From Trichosphaerium sp. ATCC 40318 (taxonomy: Eukaryota > Protista > Tubulinea), in NCBI GenBank assembly GCA_038496445.1, contig JALMLS010000329.1:62001-126000 (forward strand): DNA of 64,000 bases, read 5' to 3'. Position numbers and translations under genes: made by a program. Shown here piece after piece: positions 1 to 12,791 of the stretch. Within the stretch, counting starts at the first letter, position 1. Each line of letters starts with the position of its first letter. The notes under the pieces are model-generated. The model saw only the letters and a list, made by a program, of their open reading frames with translations, ran no database searches and had not been told where the DNA came from.

Positions 1-958
1 TACAATCTCCCCTATTTTTTGTTAAAGGAAAAACAGAACAGAAAAGAAAAAAATTAATAGACGCACCTGCAGTATGGACAGACCCAATCAGTTTTCTTCA
101 GTACTTCATCAATATCCTCTCCATATCTATTACGTAAACACCTTCTACAAAAGTGATGATACGTCCCAGGATTTGAATGTTCGTTGATACAAGTATTTGT
201 TTTAACATCAATGGTTTTCTGCCTATCAAAAAAATATTACTTCCAGAGAACAGAACATTGTTTTTGAAGAATAAAACAACATTACCTGCATTGATGACAT
301 GTGACACCATTAACTGAGTCATATACACGGCCACCGCGTACTGAAGAACCGACAGTAACACGTCGTTTTCTTAAAATAGATTAATTTTAAGCCATTGTTT
401 TCAAACTACGATGACAGATTTCTTTAAAACACTGCGTACTTTTTCTTACTGGGTTTATTTGTCGTTTTAGAAGATGATGACACCCTTTTTCGTTTCTTCT
501 TCACAGGAACCTAAAAACGACCGTAAGAAGGTATTTTAGAGCGTATAGGCGCGTAATTAATGGATTTAAACCGTTTTTGGTCGTTTGGTAGAAATTGTTG
601 TGTACACTCCACCAAAAAGGTACAAAGCACTCACATCGTAGTATAACTCCTCTTCGTATACAATAACAGGCTTTATCACTTCATATTCAGGTTTATCACC
701 ACTAAGCCGTAAACTACGCCTCTACTGTCTTTAACACTATGCTATTGTATTATTACGTACTGTTGGGGGACCTGGTAGTTTTTTTGGTTTTTTCGCAACA
801 GGTTTCTTCTTCTTTTTAGTGTGGCCCTTTTTTGGACTATTTGAGTATGTTTGAAGCGTATACTATCGTACAATAGGCGTGCCCAAACCAAGATTTTGTA
901 ATAGCTCCTTGTTTCGCCTTATACGCTCTAAGCGAATCTTCTCATAGTCGTTTTGCAT
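1..958 (-). CDS. CDCA7: CDCA7-like zf-4CXXC_R1 zinc-finger protein (spliced, 3' end runs off the window)
   Basis: ATG at 958 gives MQNDYEKIRLERIRRNKELLQNLGL. Spliced exons give GGRVYDSVNGVTCHQCR/QKTIDVKTNTC...FCRRCLRNRYGEDIDEVLKKTDWVCPYCR/GDC, the 4CXXC_R1 signature. Confidence 0.85.
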
Positions 959-1324
959 TGCCGCGTTTTTTGTGATTGTTTTTTAACGCCAACTACTGAT
1001 TATCACCTCATTCAACGCCTAGTGCACTGTGGTATTGCCACTTGGATTGCTAAAGCAACGCATGCTGTTTAAACTTTGTTTGACTTTCTTTTGCGTCTTA
1101 TTCATTGAACAATGTAATGTAATTGACTCAATGTGCATAGTTTCAATCGAATAGTTGCTTTCTTGCCATGTACTATTTGTGGTCTTTCTCTGTGTCTGGC
1201 ACGTGCGAATTACATAGTGCAATGGAAAAAAATGAGAAAAGTGGCAGTTCAAGCGGGCAGACAAAATACTTACTACGTAAAACTCAGGTTTGAACAGTAA
1301 GCCCTAGTCACGTGGTTTTTGTTG

Positions 1325-1719
1325 ATGCACGCTCTTAAAGGTCACCGTATGGTATGACAAAGAAAAAGTAAGGTAATTATAAACTGGACACTGGACTGTA
1401 CAACCAATGCAAAGGTACAAACGTGGTATGCTGTCACTCAACCAAAGACCATAATAGCAAACGGGTGAGTGGAAGACAGTTCAGAGTTATGAAAATGGAC
1501 AACTTAAAGATTCAAAGTGGTACATGGAACAGGTTATGTATAATGCATATACAAAACGGTGAAATCAAACAGTGGTATGAAAATGGGCAACTTAAACTAC
1601 AGGCTATGGTGATTGATGGTAAACAAAACGGTGTACAAAAAGAGTGGTATAGAAACGGACGACTTAAGGCACAAACCTTGGGGGCTAATGATAAAGGAAT
1701 TGGCGAACGCAAAAAATGA
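1325..1719 (+). pseudogene. Degenerate MORN-variant repeat gene
   Basis: QNGEIKQWYENGQLKLQ and DGKQNGVQKEWYRNGRLK repeats; a further YENGQLK lies upstream in another frame, indicating frameshifts; no introns. Confidence 0.65.
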
Positions 1720-2082
1720 TTAAAAAATAGGAACAAAGAACAAAGCATTGTGCTGCTCCAATTAAACGAAATTGGCTTCCGCCATAAAATTCTATTTAAC
1801 TCCCAACTGTCGTTCTTTCGCACGGACCCTGTAAAGCTATGTCACCACACTGAACATAGCGAGTGCAGTTGCTACCACAGGTGCTCAAAGGAACTACAAC
1901 AAGCGGAGTGAAAAAAAGGAAAGAAATAAAAAAAGCACAAAAATTATGATCACATTTTTTACATTCGGTGGATAGCTCCGTAGTAGTCATCTACACCGTT
2001 TTCTTTAGCCCATCAATGAATTAGTTTTAAGCAAGTAGTTAAGTGAGTTATAAAAGCGAGTCAAGTAGTTTTCAGTCAAACC

Positions 2083-3906
2083 ATGATGTTTGCTCCGTCT
2101 GTAACACTATTTTTGTTATTTGTTGCCTTTGCGTATGGTAATGTAGTCGTCACGAATGCGACATCTTATGGAGAAGTGATAACTATTGATTCAACACCCT
2201 TGATATTTGGAGGAAACTCTTTGGACTTCTCACCTATCAATAATGCGTCGCTGTCTTTAATTAATGCGCCAGTCAAGGGTATTTTGTTGATTCCTTTTTA
2301 TAAATGCTTTGGCAGGTTCTCACGTGTTTTAGGCTCCGTAGTATATTTACCCCTTGAAGAAGTATCAACTGAGAACTTACTACGTGCTATGGACGCAGGA
2401 GCAATCGCTATAATTTACTCAAGGTCGCCTTTCTTTGGTAACATTGGCTGTGAAATGTATTTTAAATATGGTACGTTTTTAGCAATTTTGGCTATATATT
2501 GTTAGTTTGAGCTATCTCGGACTTTCAGTGAGCACCGGAATTTCATCCGTCTTACTTTTTGATAGCAAGAAGCTTGTACAGAGTCAGTGTACCCATTGTA
2601 GAAATATCTGATGCTGATGGAAAAGGTGTCTTGAATAATAACGTGACAGTAACAATAACATCAAGTACGAAGCGTCAATATTGTAGGGAACTAAAATTTC
2701 GAAGCACACAATGAATGTCACGCACTTTTTACGAGTGTCGGTTTTATTTTAGTTCAATGTGTTGTATCAGGGCTATGTACAATAGCGTTATGTTTATGCT
2801 TCTTTCGGTTCGTAAACTAGCGAGTGAAACCAATCCCTAAGGCTATTTCGTAGGCTGTACCAATTCTACAAACTGGACCAATTATTCACGTTATCATTGG
2901 CTGTGGTCGCAATATTTATTGAAATCATAGCGAACATAGGTACGCCCTTGTCGTTTTTAAAGTCTTTCTCAACAACTCACCTTATCTCCCGTTACAGTGA
3001 AGATTATTTACATCATCAATTTCTTGGGCACGAACTTGCTTTACAGTCCAGAGTTCGATGACTTTATACTTTACCTGTCATTTCCTCTTTCAACCATTAC
3101 CAACATCATGATAACCATGTTCTGGTATGTTATTTCGGCACAACATTTATTTCACTGACATGTGTATGGTAGGCATGAAGCACTTATTTCGAAAGGTGTC
3201 CAAATACACTTGTTTCTAAAATCAAAGAAATTCGTTATTCCATTCATTGCAATGACATCTTTTCTCATTGGACTTGAAGTATTGGTTGCCACACTCCGCT
3301 TAGTAATTAAATCTCCATCCAAGGCTATACTGCTAACTCCACAAGTACTTGGTATCATAGTCAACTTTGGTACATTGGTGTATGGTGTTGTAATTTTAAT
3401 TAGAGTATGTCGTTGTTGTACTTTTTTGAATCTTCTAATCTCAATCAGGTTTTTGACCGTGCAGGAGGTTTCAAGCGAGACAGCGGTATTTTAAGAAACG
3501 TACGCTTGCATCTTATCAAAAAAAACCAAATTTTGAAGCATGTCATGTGATTTATTTATTTTTAGATTATTTGGCGATTGACAGCAAATTCAGTCATTCT
3601 GTGTATTTTTATTATCAGTCTTATTGTTCTTACAGTACCTCCTTCGTTTAGCTTGGTCAAAGCAATCTATGCATTTGGTGCAAGCTACTCAGCTCAAAGT
3701 CTCTTGTCGATTCTACAAGTAAGCTATTTAATTTTGTTCGTGCCTTCTCGGTAACCCCAAATGTTGTCTTTTATACTATTTAGGTATATTCTTTCCAACC
3801 TAGAAGGTCGAAAAAACGCACTGGTACCTCAACTATGTCCTTTAGTGAGAGAAATAAAACAGAACAAATACAAGAGCGCAAAGAAGAGAGCACAGAAACT
3901 GTCTAA
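2083..3906 (+). CDS. Signal peptide + PA domain + 7TM receptor-like protein, copy 1
   Basis: Ten exons join in frame across GT-AG introns. PA motifs RAMDAGAIAII and VPIVEISDADG, seven hydrophobic segments, ends ESTETV-TAA at 3906. Confidence 0.8.
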
Positions 3907-4702
3907 AACAAAAAAAGCAATCTTGTGTTTTGTTTTTTCAACCACTGTGGATGTACGTTGACAAAATCAATTGAAACAAAGACAATAAATGTGAATACTT
4001 CTCAATACCAGACCAATTCCGATAGTCTGCCGGTTGTAAATAAACATTAAAAAAGCAATCTAAACCTTACGATACTACAAAAAAGAGTGTGATTCAAGTC
4101 AAAAAGTGAAGACCTTTCTGTAAGCGAAGTAAAGAGATATATTGACGTGTAACACAAGACATAAAGTGTACAAAAATGAGATTGTAAAATCTATAGTTTA
4201 GCATTGAAGTAGTCTTAAAGTGCTTTTTTCTCCCGCAACTCAACAAATTGAGTACTCCATCTAGAATGCGTGGTTGTTAATTCATAAGAAATAGGAAGAA
4301 TCTTTAAAAGGAAAATGTACTGTTCCAATATAAATTAGCTTCCGCAACACTTGTATAGAATGGAACTCTCGTTTTAACCTATCTCCGAACTTGCTGTTCT
4401 TAGACGGATCAAAAACCTGTAAAATTACATGAAATGAGCGAGTGCAAGCGATATCACAGGCGTTGGAAGCAATTGACGCAAAAAATATCGGACTGGTTCA
4501 AGTGTGAAAGAAACACAAAAAAGTGCGAAATTTTGATCTTTGCTCACGTCATATTTTTTTTCTACTTCTTTTCTTTCCGTAAAGTTTGGTATTACAGCTC
4601 TCGTTATTTATATTTATTATATTGATCCGTAGAATTCTTTGTTAAATTTGTAATTAAGTGAGTTTTGAAGCAAAGTTCAGCAGTTTTCAGTCAGTGCGGG
4701 AT

Positions 4703-6566
4703 ATGTTTCCCCTATCATCTTTCACTCTTTTTTTTTCACTTGTTGCCTTTACGTATGGTAATATAGTCGTCACGAATGGGACATCTTATGGAGAAGTGAT
4801 AACTATTGATTCAACACCCTTAATATTTGGAGGAAACTCTTTGGACTTCTCACCTATAAATAATGCGTCGCTGTCTTTAATTAATGCGCCAGTAAAGGGT
4901 ATTTTGTTCATTCCCTTTTTATAAAATGATTACCTGCTTCTCACGTGCTTTAGGCTCCGTGGTGTATATACCTCTCAAGGAAGTATCAACTGAGAATTTA
5001 CTACGTGCTATGGACGCAGGAGCAATCGCTATAATTTACTCAAGGTCACCCTTCTTTGGTAACATTGGCTGTGAAATGTATTTCAATTATGGTACGTTTT
5101 TAGTAGTTGTTGGTTTGAGCAATCTCGGACTTTCAGCGTGATGAGCACGTGCGGGAATTTTATGCAGCTCACTTTTAAATAGCAAGAAGACTTTACAGAG
5201 TTAGTGTACCAATTGTGGAAATATCTGATGCTGACGGAAAAGGCGTTTTGAATAATAACGTGACAGTAACAATAACATCAAGTACGAAGCGTCAATATTG
5301 TAGGGAACTAAAATTTCGAAGCACACAATGAATGTCACGCACTTTTTACGAGTGTCGGTTTTATTTTAGTTCAATGTGTTGTATCAGGGCTCTGTGTAGT
5401 GGCATTGTGTTTGTGCTTCTTCCGGTTCGTATTTAGGAAGCTTAAAGATATTCCTAACCCTTTTCGTAGGCTGTACCAATTCTACAAACTGGACCAATTA
5501 TTCACGTTATCATTGGCTGTGGTCGCGATATTTATTGAAATCATAGCGAACATAGGTACGCCCTTGTCGTTTTTCACCTCTTTCTCGACAACTCACCTTA
5601 TCTCCCGTTACAGTGAAGATTATTTACATCATCAATTTCTTGGGCACGAACTTGCTTTACAGTCCAGAGTTCGATGACTTTATACTTTACCTGTCATTTC
5701 CTCTTTCAACCATTACCAACATCATGATAACCATGTTTTGGTGCGTTATATACCAGCACATCACTACGGTATCACTTTTCGCTGATATACATGGTAGGCA
5801 CGAAGCACTTGTTTCAAAAGGACTCGAAATACACTTGTTTCTAAAATCAAAAAAATTCCTTATTACATTTATTGCAATGAGTGCTTTTCTCATTGGACTT
5901 GAATTATTGGTTGCTACACTCCGCTTAGTAATTAATAACCCGACCAAGGCTGTACTGTTACTTCCACAAGTACTTGGTATCATAGTCAACTTTGGTACAT
6001 TGGTGTATGGTGTTGTAATTTTAGTTAGAGTACGTCATTGTTATACTTTTTTTTAGATCTAATTTAATCTCAATCAGGTTTTCGAACGTGCAGGAGGTTT
6101 TAAATACGGAACAGAGAACAGTATTTTAAGAAACGTACGCTTGCATCTTATCCAAAAATAAACCCAAGATTTTAAAGAACACGTGATTTGTCATGTGATT
6201 TATTTATTTTTAGATTATTTGGCGGTTGACAACAAATTCAATCATTCTTGGTGTTTTCATTATAAGTCTTATCGTTCTTACAGTACCTCCTTCGTTCGAC
6301 TTGGTCAAAGCGATCTATGCATTTGGTGCAAGCTACTCAGCTCAAAGTCTCTTGTCTATTCTACAAGTAAGCTATCATAAATTTAGACCAGCGTTTTGTT
6401 ACTTCGAAGGAATTTTTTTATGTTTGACATGCTGCTTTAGGTATATTCTTTCCAGCCTAGGAGTTTGAAAATACGCACTGGTACCTCGAGCATATCTATA
6501 CACGACAAAAGTAAAACAGGGTCAATACAGATCAAAGACAAAGAAGAAAGCACAGAAACTGCCTAA
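4703..6566 (+). CDS. PA-domain 7TM receptor-like protein, copy 2 (tandem)
   Basis: Same exon structure and near-identical exons to copy 1; ends ESTETA-TAA. Confidence 0.8.
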
Positions 6567-6689
6567 AACAAAAAAAAAACCGCAATTACTCTTTTTCTTT
6601 GACTATCTCTGTGATGTGTTTTTCGACTAGCGGTGAACACATAGCATCGAAGACTATTGAGTCTTCAAATAGTCTGTTAGTTATAAGAA

Positions 6690-7110
6690 TAAAGTCGTCT
6701 GTAAATAGAATACTACCATTAATTTATCTACTTGTCGGCGGAAAACAAATAAGAGTATTTCATCATTGGCTGGTGTTTGTACCATAAATTTGAGTTGGCC
6801 ATCAGTAACAAATAAACGGGTTTAGGACTTAGTTGGTATTCATACCACTAGATTTGAGCCACACATCAGTATCAGATGAATGTATTCCAAGTTTGGCTAG
6901 TGTACACAATAGACCTCACAAGTTGTGATATCAGTGGAAAATGTATGAAGAGTCTTGCAACGTCCCATCAATAACCAATGCACCACGTGATTGTCTTGAT
7001 TGTACACAACTCTCTGGTGTAAAAGTAGTAAATCACAAGTGTTGTGAGAATGTAACAAAGACATAAGCTAGAGTTGGCTATCAATTAACTTTGACAATGT
7101 TGAAATAAAC
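6690..7110 (+). pseudogene. Decayed LRR gene remnant (GVHTI-type)
   Basis: Translates as NTTINLSTCRRKTNKSISSLAGVCTINLSWPSVTNKRV*DLVGIHT/LDLSHTSVSDECIPSLASVH/IDLTSCDIS, with stops and frameshifts. Confidence 0.75.
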
Positions 7111-7294
7111 CTCAGTTCGACTTTTGTTTCCAAGTGCTATCACGACAATAAATTAGCTTGTTACGAACACACGATAGTTTAGCACACTAGGGCTTGTAAA
7201 TTTTAGCACTTTTGGTTAAATATGCTTTGGAATTATCGCTTACGTGTTTGCTGGGCAAAATCTAAAACAACTCAAGTCAGAATAAGCGCACAAC

Positions 7295-8875
7295 ATGAGT
7301 TTTAATGGTGTTTCAGTAGAGCAAGTATTAGAATATTATCGTAGTAACCACATAGACTGTTTGAACAAAATAACAGCGAATAATAACGAAATCTTCATTA
7401 ATCAGCTTGAGACTATTCTAAACGCTTCAAATACAAGGCTGGTACAGCAACTGGACCATCTTCTCTTTAAAAACGTAGAAATCAACATAAACACATCAGA
7501 TCAACGTAAAAATGATGTCAGCTTGCAGTACGGCTAAATAGGCGCTTTCTTCGCTTTTTTAAGTTCATGCCATTTCCCTGACTTAACTATACTAGAACTA
7601 GTTGTAATGTGATTTCTAAGGAACCAAATATTCTTGACTTTCCACCTGAGATTATCTCAAGTATTATTTCATACATAGAAGATAGATTTACTGTTGCTCA
7701 AACATGTCGCTTGATGGCAGATATCATTCATGATGTGGTTGGATATGATTATGTTTATTTAAACAGTTCAAGATATATTAAAGATAAGACAGTATAAGGG
7801 TGTTATGAATAATAGCGAAATTGGGTTATGTGGCTTGAAACAAAACACTTTATATTCAATGTTATTTGGATGTAGGCATGTCATGGCCCCAATTTTAAAC
7901 GGAGATGAGTACAGAATCAGTGAACATGATCTAAAAGCACTGAAAGGTGTGCATACTATTGATGTTAGCGGTTGTTGTCAAGTGACAGATGAAGGGCTTA
8001 AGGTACTTTCTGGGGTATATTCTATCAATCTTGCTTGGTGTGACTCAATCACAGATGATGGTATTATAGCACTCAAAGGCGTTCATAAGATCTACCTTCA
8101 ATACACTTCAGTTACAGACAAAGGTCTCAAAGCGTTAGCAGGAGTACATACTATCAACCTCACTGCTTGTGATGCTATTACAGATGAAGGCATAAAAGCA
8201 CTGGAAGGCGTATACAACATTCAACTTGACTACACCCAAGTTTCAGATAAAGCTCTCATAGCCCTTAAAAATACTCATACAATAGGCCTTAAGGGTTGTG
8301 AGAACATCACAGATGAAGGTATAAAAGCTCTAAAAGATGTGCATACCATTGATATTGGTGATTGTGGTAATGTGACAGATGAGGGTATCAAAGAGCTAAA
8401 AGGTGTACATACAATTGATCTCAGAAACACTCTGGTGTCAGACGAAGGCCTCAAAGCACTCCAAAATGTTCATGATATTAACCTATTCAATTGTAGAAAC
8501 ATTACAGATGAGGGAATCAAGGCACTAAAAGGTGTACATACAATTGATCTCAGAAACACTCTGGTGTCAGATGAAGGTATAAAAGCTCTGAAAGATGTGC
8601 ATACTATTTGTCTTGCTGATTGCCATAATGTGACAGATAATGGTATACAAGCACTAAGATCTGTACATTCAATTGATGTTTCAGGTACCTCAATAACAGA
8701 TGAAGGAGTAAAAGCATTGAAAGGGGTACGTGACATTGACCTAAGTGGCTGTAAAAACATTACAGATGACGGCATCAAGGCACTTAAAAATGTTGGTGCT
8801 GTTGCTATTATTGGGTGTCATCATGTGACTTTTGAAGGCATCAAAGCCCTAAAAGGTGTTCATGTTTACAAGTGA
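7295..8875 (+). CDS. F-box + leucine-rich repeat protein; F-box and LRR parts separated by a +1 frameshift near 7790
   Basis: ORF 7295 can splice (GTACGG...ACTAG) onto the F-box ILDFPPEIISSII...AQTCRLM (7609-7797). ORF 7805-8875 has about 14 repeats of 21-22 aa (xTDEGIKALKGVHTIDL). Collinear with the intact paralog at 62499-63704. Confidence 0.75.
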
Positions 8876-8931
8876 ACTTTCAATAAAAAAACAGTTTAAT
8901 AATGTCAACTTCTGTCTTGTTGATATGAGCT

Positions 8932-11057
8932 TTATTTTACAATAGTATTTGTTGCTAAATGAGGGTCAGGCCTTATTGAGAACGGAAATACTTGCTCTGG
9001 TTTAAAATAAGCAACTAAAACAGCAATGATTACAGCTACAATCAAGATGATGCCAACAGCAACTCCAGCAATAATAGGTACAGTATTACTAGATCCACTG
9101 CTTTCTTCGCAAGAACCTATTGAGAATACAAGTACGAGACTATTTTTACCTACTTTCAGTTTATCGCAAAACGAATTGTCTGTAAGTATAAACTCAGGAG
9201 GAGTACATCCTTCCATCCATGTCACTAGTGTAATACTAACACCTTGAGAACGAGTAACATTATCCCCTATTGACACTGATATTGGGCTATTATTGTCTGA
9301 TGAAACACAGCCTGTAACAACAAGATTACCACCTTCACCAAAAGTTACACTTCCTTTGAGTACAACATCGCCTTTGGATAGTTAATAATTGTTGTTAAAA
9401 GACAAACCACTTACCTTCAATAATAACTGTGTTTATAATTGTTTCACCATCAGGTACCTCGGTGACTGTAGAACTCAGAGGAGCAAAAGGAGTTTGTGGA
9501 AGCCCATCAAGACCAGGTAATTTTGTACTACTAGACGATCTCAAAGTTACATCCTGAGTAGGTGAATTAATAAGGGGTAGCTAAGTTATAATGTACTCTG
9601 CTATCATAATCCATTGTCGCTAAAAACAAACTATCATTGTAGACGAAAATATCCCACGATTCTTCATTAATGGGAGTTAAGATTGTTTCATTCCAGGAAA
9701 TACCAGTATCATTGGATGAAAACAGAAGGATGTTACGCTTGCGTGGTGTAGATGAGGTGTTACTACAACTGTAGTTAATAAAGTCAAGATTCTTTAATGT
9801 GTCATACGTGGTGTGAGCAAGTAAGTAAATTAGTCCGTTTGGGTGCCACGCCAGTCTTGGATTGTAGGAGTATAGGCCACCTTGCATTGACTTTGTTAAT
9901 TGGAATGTAACGATTGACCCTTTGCTCGCCAAGTTGTATCGAAAAAGCCTATTTTTCAGACGTAATTAATCAGATTATCTTGTTTTTTTCCTACGTACGC
10001 AATTTCTGCTTGTTCAAAATATACAAAAGCAAACAATAGAATATCTTCACTACGCAGACCATTAACATTCCATCTACGTTTTGTTTCAATGTACCTCGCT
10101 CTAATAACGCTAAATAGTCTTGAGGAGCTCCCGTTGACAGCAGGTGTAGCAACATGTGTCCAATTTCTAGATGACTCATCTAAATAGTCAATTCTTGGTG
10201 CTGGATCTGCACTTTCAGCATAAAAAGAGTAGAACATTTCGTTGATTACTAACACCATATACCTCATCCTTAAAAAAGGTTACCACCAAAGACAAACAAA
10301 ACGTGGAGTACCTTGTAGTTTTATCTAAGTTTCGATGAATGCAACAATCACAAGATTCAACCTCGTTATGATAGCACTCTGTAAAATCTTCTGATGAAGT
10401 AGTATAGCGGACAACCATTGCCCCATTGGGAAGATAGGCAACGGGAGAAAGTACGCTTATAGCATGGTTTGAAGGCGGAACGTTGACTAGCTCCCAAGCA
10501 TGGCCATCAGTTGACCTAGCCAAAGTATTAAAAAAAGTTCAGGAAAGCAGTATTTTGTATACTAACGTTGCTACATATCCGCGAAGGTTTGGCTGGAATG
10601 GAGTATTTTCATAAAATGTTATTACCCATCTGAAAACACCCTTCGAAAATGGATAACCATTAACTGCCTCTAAATGTACTGTGTTGTTAATATCCCCGGA
10701 ATATATTACTTGCTGAGATACCCTAAGGGATAAATAAATAAGTTTCTCCGAAAACGAAAAGTGAGGTTCGCACGGACGTACAGAGAAGGACTCGAGAAAT
10801 ATAATGTCACGTTATTTCCATTACCGTTTTCTAACCATACTACACCGAAGGTACCATTTCCAGATGCAAATTTAACCTGGAACTTACTATCAGTGGTAAA
10901 TAAATCGTCCGTTGAGCTCGCATGTGTTGGGACAAGAAAAACACAAACTATCACGTGGTTAAAAATGCGAAGTTATTACGCTAGGGTAACGAAATAGCGT
11001 ACCACAAATTATAATTATCGTGGCACTAATATTGTATTTTCGCGCGTCCCTTTCCAT
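8932..11057 (-). CDS. Type I membrane protein with Asp-box (BNR/sialidase-like) ectodomain
   Basis: Spliced signal peptide MERDARKYNISATIIIICVCVFLVPTHAS; Asp-box-like ATSTDGHAW and FSSNDTGISW; C-terminal TM VPIIAGVAVGIILIVAVIIAVLVAYF with a short tail. Confidence 0.65.
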
Positions 11058-11650
11058 GCTTCTTAGAATGTAAACCTTGTGAATTACCCCGGTTGACTTT
11101 TTCGCAATATGGAAGAATTTTTGTGATTCCATACAATGCCTTACTAAGATTAAAAACTATTAAAGCCTTAACGGTGGACCATTGTATCATGACAAAACAC
11201 CGACACACCAACCACCTGGTTGCTGGTGTAGCGAACATCAATTGAAAAACTAATACAACTTTTGTATGCTTGTATCTACGAATAAACACATAGAAATGTT
11301 CCTAATCCAGGCAACCCTCTACCAAGGCAGCGCTAACGCAAAGACAAAGCATAGAATAGGTTATATTCATTGTAGCTAACAGAACATGCTATTGGCACTG
11401 TTTGAGTTGTACTGACTGCTTAGCATCTATTGGAAGGAACCTCAACGATAGCTACACGAATATGAAGGTCACAGTAAGGAGTAAGCAGTTGTAGTCACCA
11501 AAAGTGTCAAAGACGACTTGGCACTAGTTTGCGTTGATACGCCTGTAATTGGAAGTTCTACAATGGCGAAGAACGAAATGTTAAATAAAAAATAACTCTT
11601 CAAGTATTTATTCTTGCACTACAGCTTTTTGCCATAACAAGTTACGATGT

Positions 11651-12578
11651 TTATTCGTGAGGATCTTTCCACCCATTTTTTTTCTTTCCTTTGTAGTAGT
11701 AATTATGATAACCGGCACCACAAGAGTTATCAGCATTTATGAGAAATACGCCAACGAATTCTTTAGTTATTGGCGATATACCATATATAAGATAACAGTA
11801 AGTATCGTCATCACAAAACTTAAAACACGTGAGTTTCTTCAAACCCCACATTTCTTTTTCAACAACTTCCTCCAAAGCTGTCAGCACTTGAGGGTTTTCC
11901 ACATACTCTGAGAATGATGTCAAGCTTATTTCTTCGAAATATGACCATTCTAGCGCGTCTTCTCCGATACAGTTAAACTCTAGCAACAGCTCCAACAACT
12001 TGTTGTTCTTCGCTGTTTTCTTTTGCTACTGCTAGATAAAATGGTGAAAACTTTGGCACACTTGGTTCATAGTAGAAAGGAAACTCGAAGGAGTCAAGAT
12101 GTTGTGCGAGAGACATAGCTATCTGTTGGTTAACGCATCTATCCTTCCAGCATTTTACATCACCTTCCAACATCAACTTCATCGTTTCATCTTCGCCACT
12201 GTGTTCGTCAACATCCTCGTCACTATCATAAACGTCTTTGGGACAATCCGCAATCGCAATCAAACCCATTGATTTGGATGTATGTATTGTGAGCGACTCG
12301 CAGAAATACTCCCATACTTCATTGTAATAACTGTAATTTAAAAGTTCCTCGATACTCTTAGGTTGTTTTACATTGACGGCTTGAGACTTGAACTTTTCGC
12401 GCCAATAAAACACTTTCGATTTCGTTAAAAGTTCAAAACGTTTAGATAGAACTAAATGCGTAAAGAGGGACGCCTTGTCTCTGTTATGGTCTAAAATGGC
12501 TATAATGATCTCTGGAGGAAGTGGATTGTTTGCACCGGTTGATAGACTTGTGTACTTCCTCTTAGTTGCTTTGTTCAT
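11651..12578 (-). CDS. Intronless F-box-like protein split by a +1 frameshift near 12000; C-terminal part possibly NuiA-like
   Basis: N-terminal LPPEIIIAILD...LVLSKRF...YWR. Two overlapping ORFs (11973-12578, 11651-11998) with no usable intron between them. Confidence 0.55.
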
Positions 12579-12791
12579 TGGTGTGTTGATAATTTGTAAG
12601 GCAGCATTAAGTGCTGATTAACACGCGCTTCGTATCTTTTCAAGAATACTTAGAATTCGCTTACCTCACGTGCACGTGCCAACGGAAACGTCCAAGGATA
12701 TTTCAAATCATGTGAGGAGTAGAATTATAGTATTACCTTTTTATCTATTTATGTACAACTGTATACAAAAAAAAAATGGGAGAAATGGCTA

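Noticed and set aside
2083-3906. SPPL2-type intramembrane protease (PA + TM)
   Set aside because: No YD or GxGD catalytic motifs and only seven TM segments.
7790-11980. Programmed +1 frameshifting at GTN-TAA in both F-box genes
   Set aside because: Only two cases, both in decaying families; none in conserved genes. Pseudogenisation or sequencing error is simpler.
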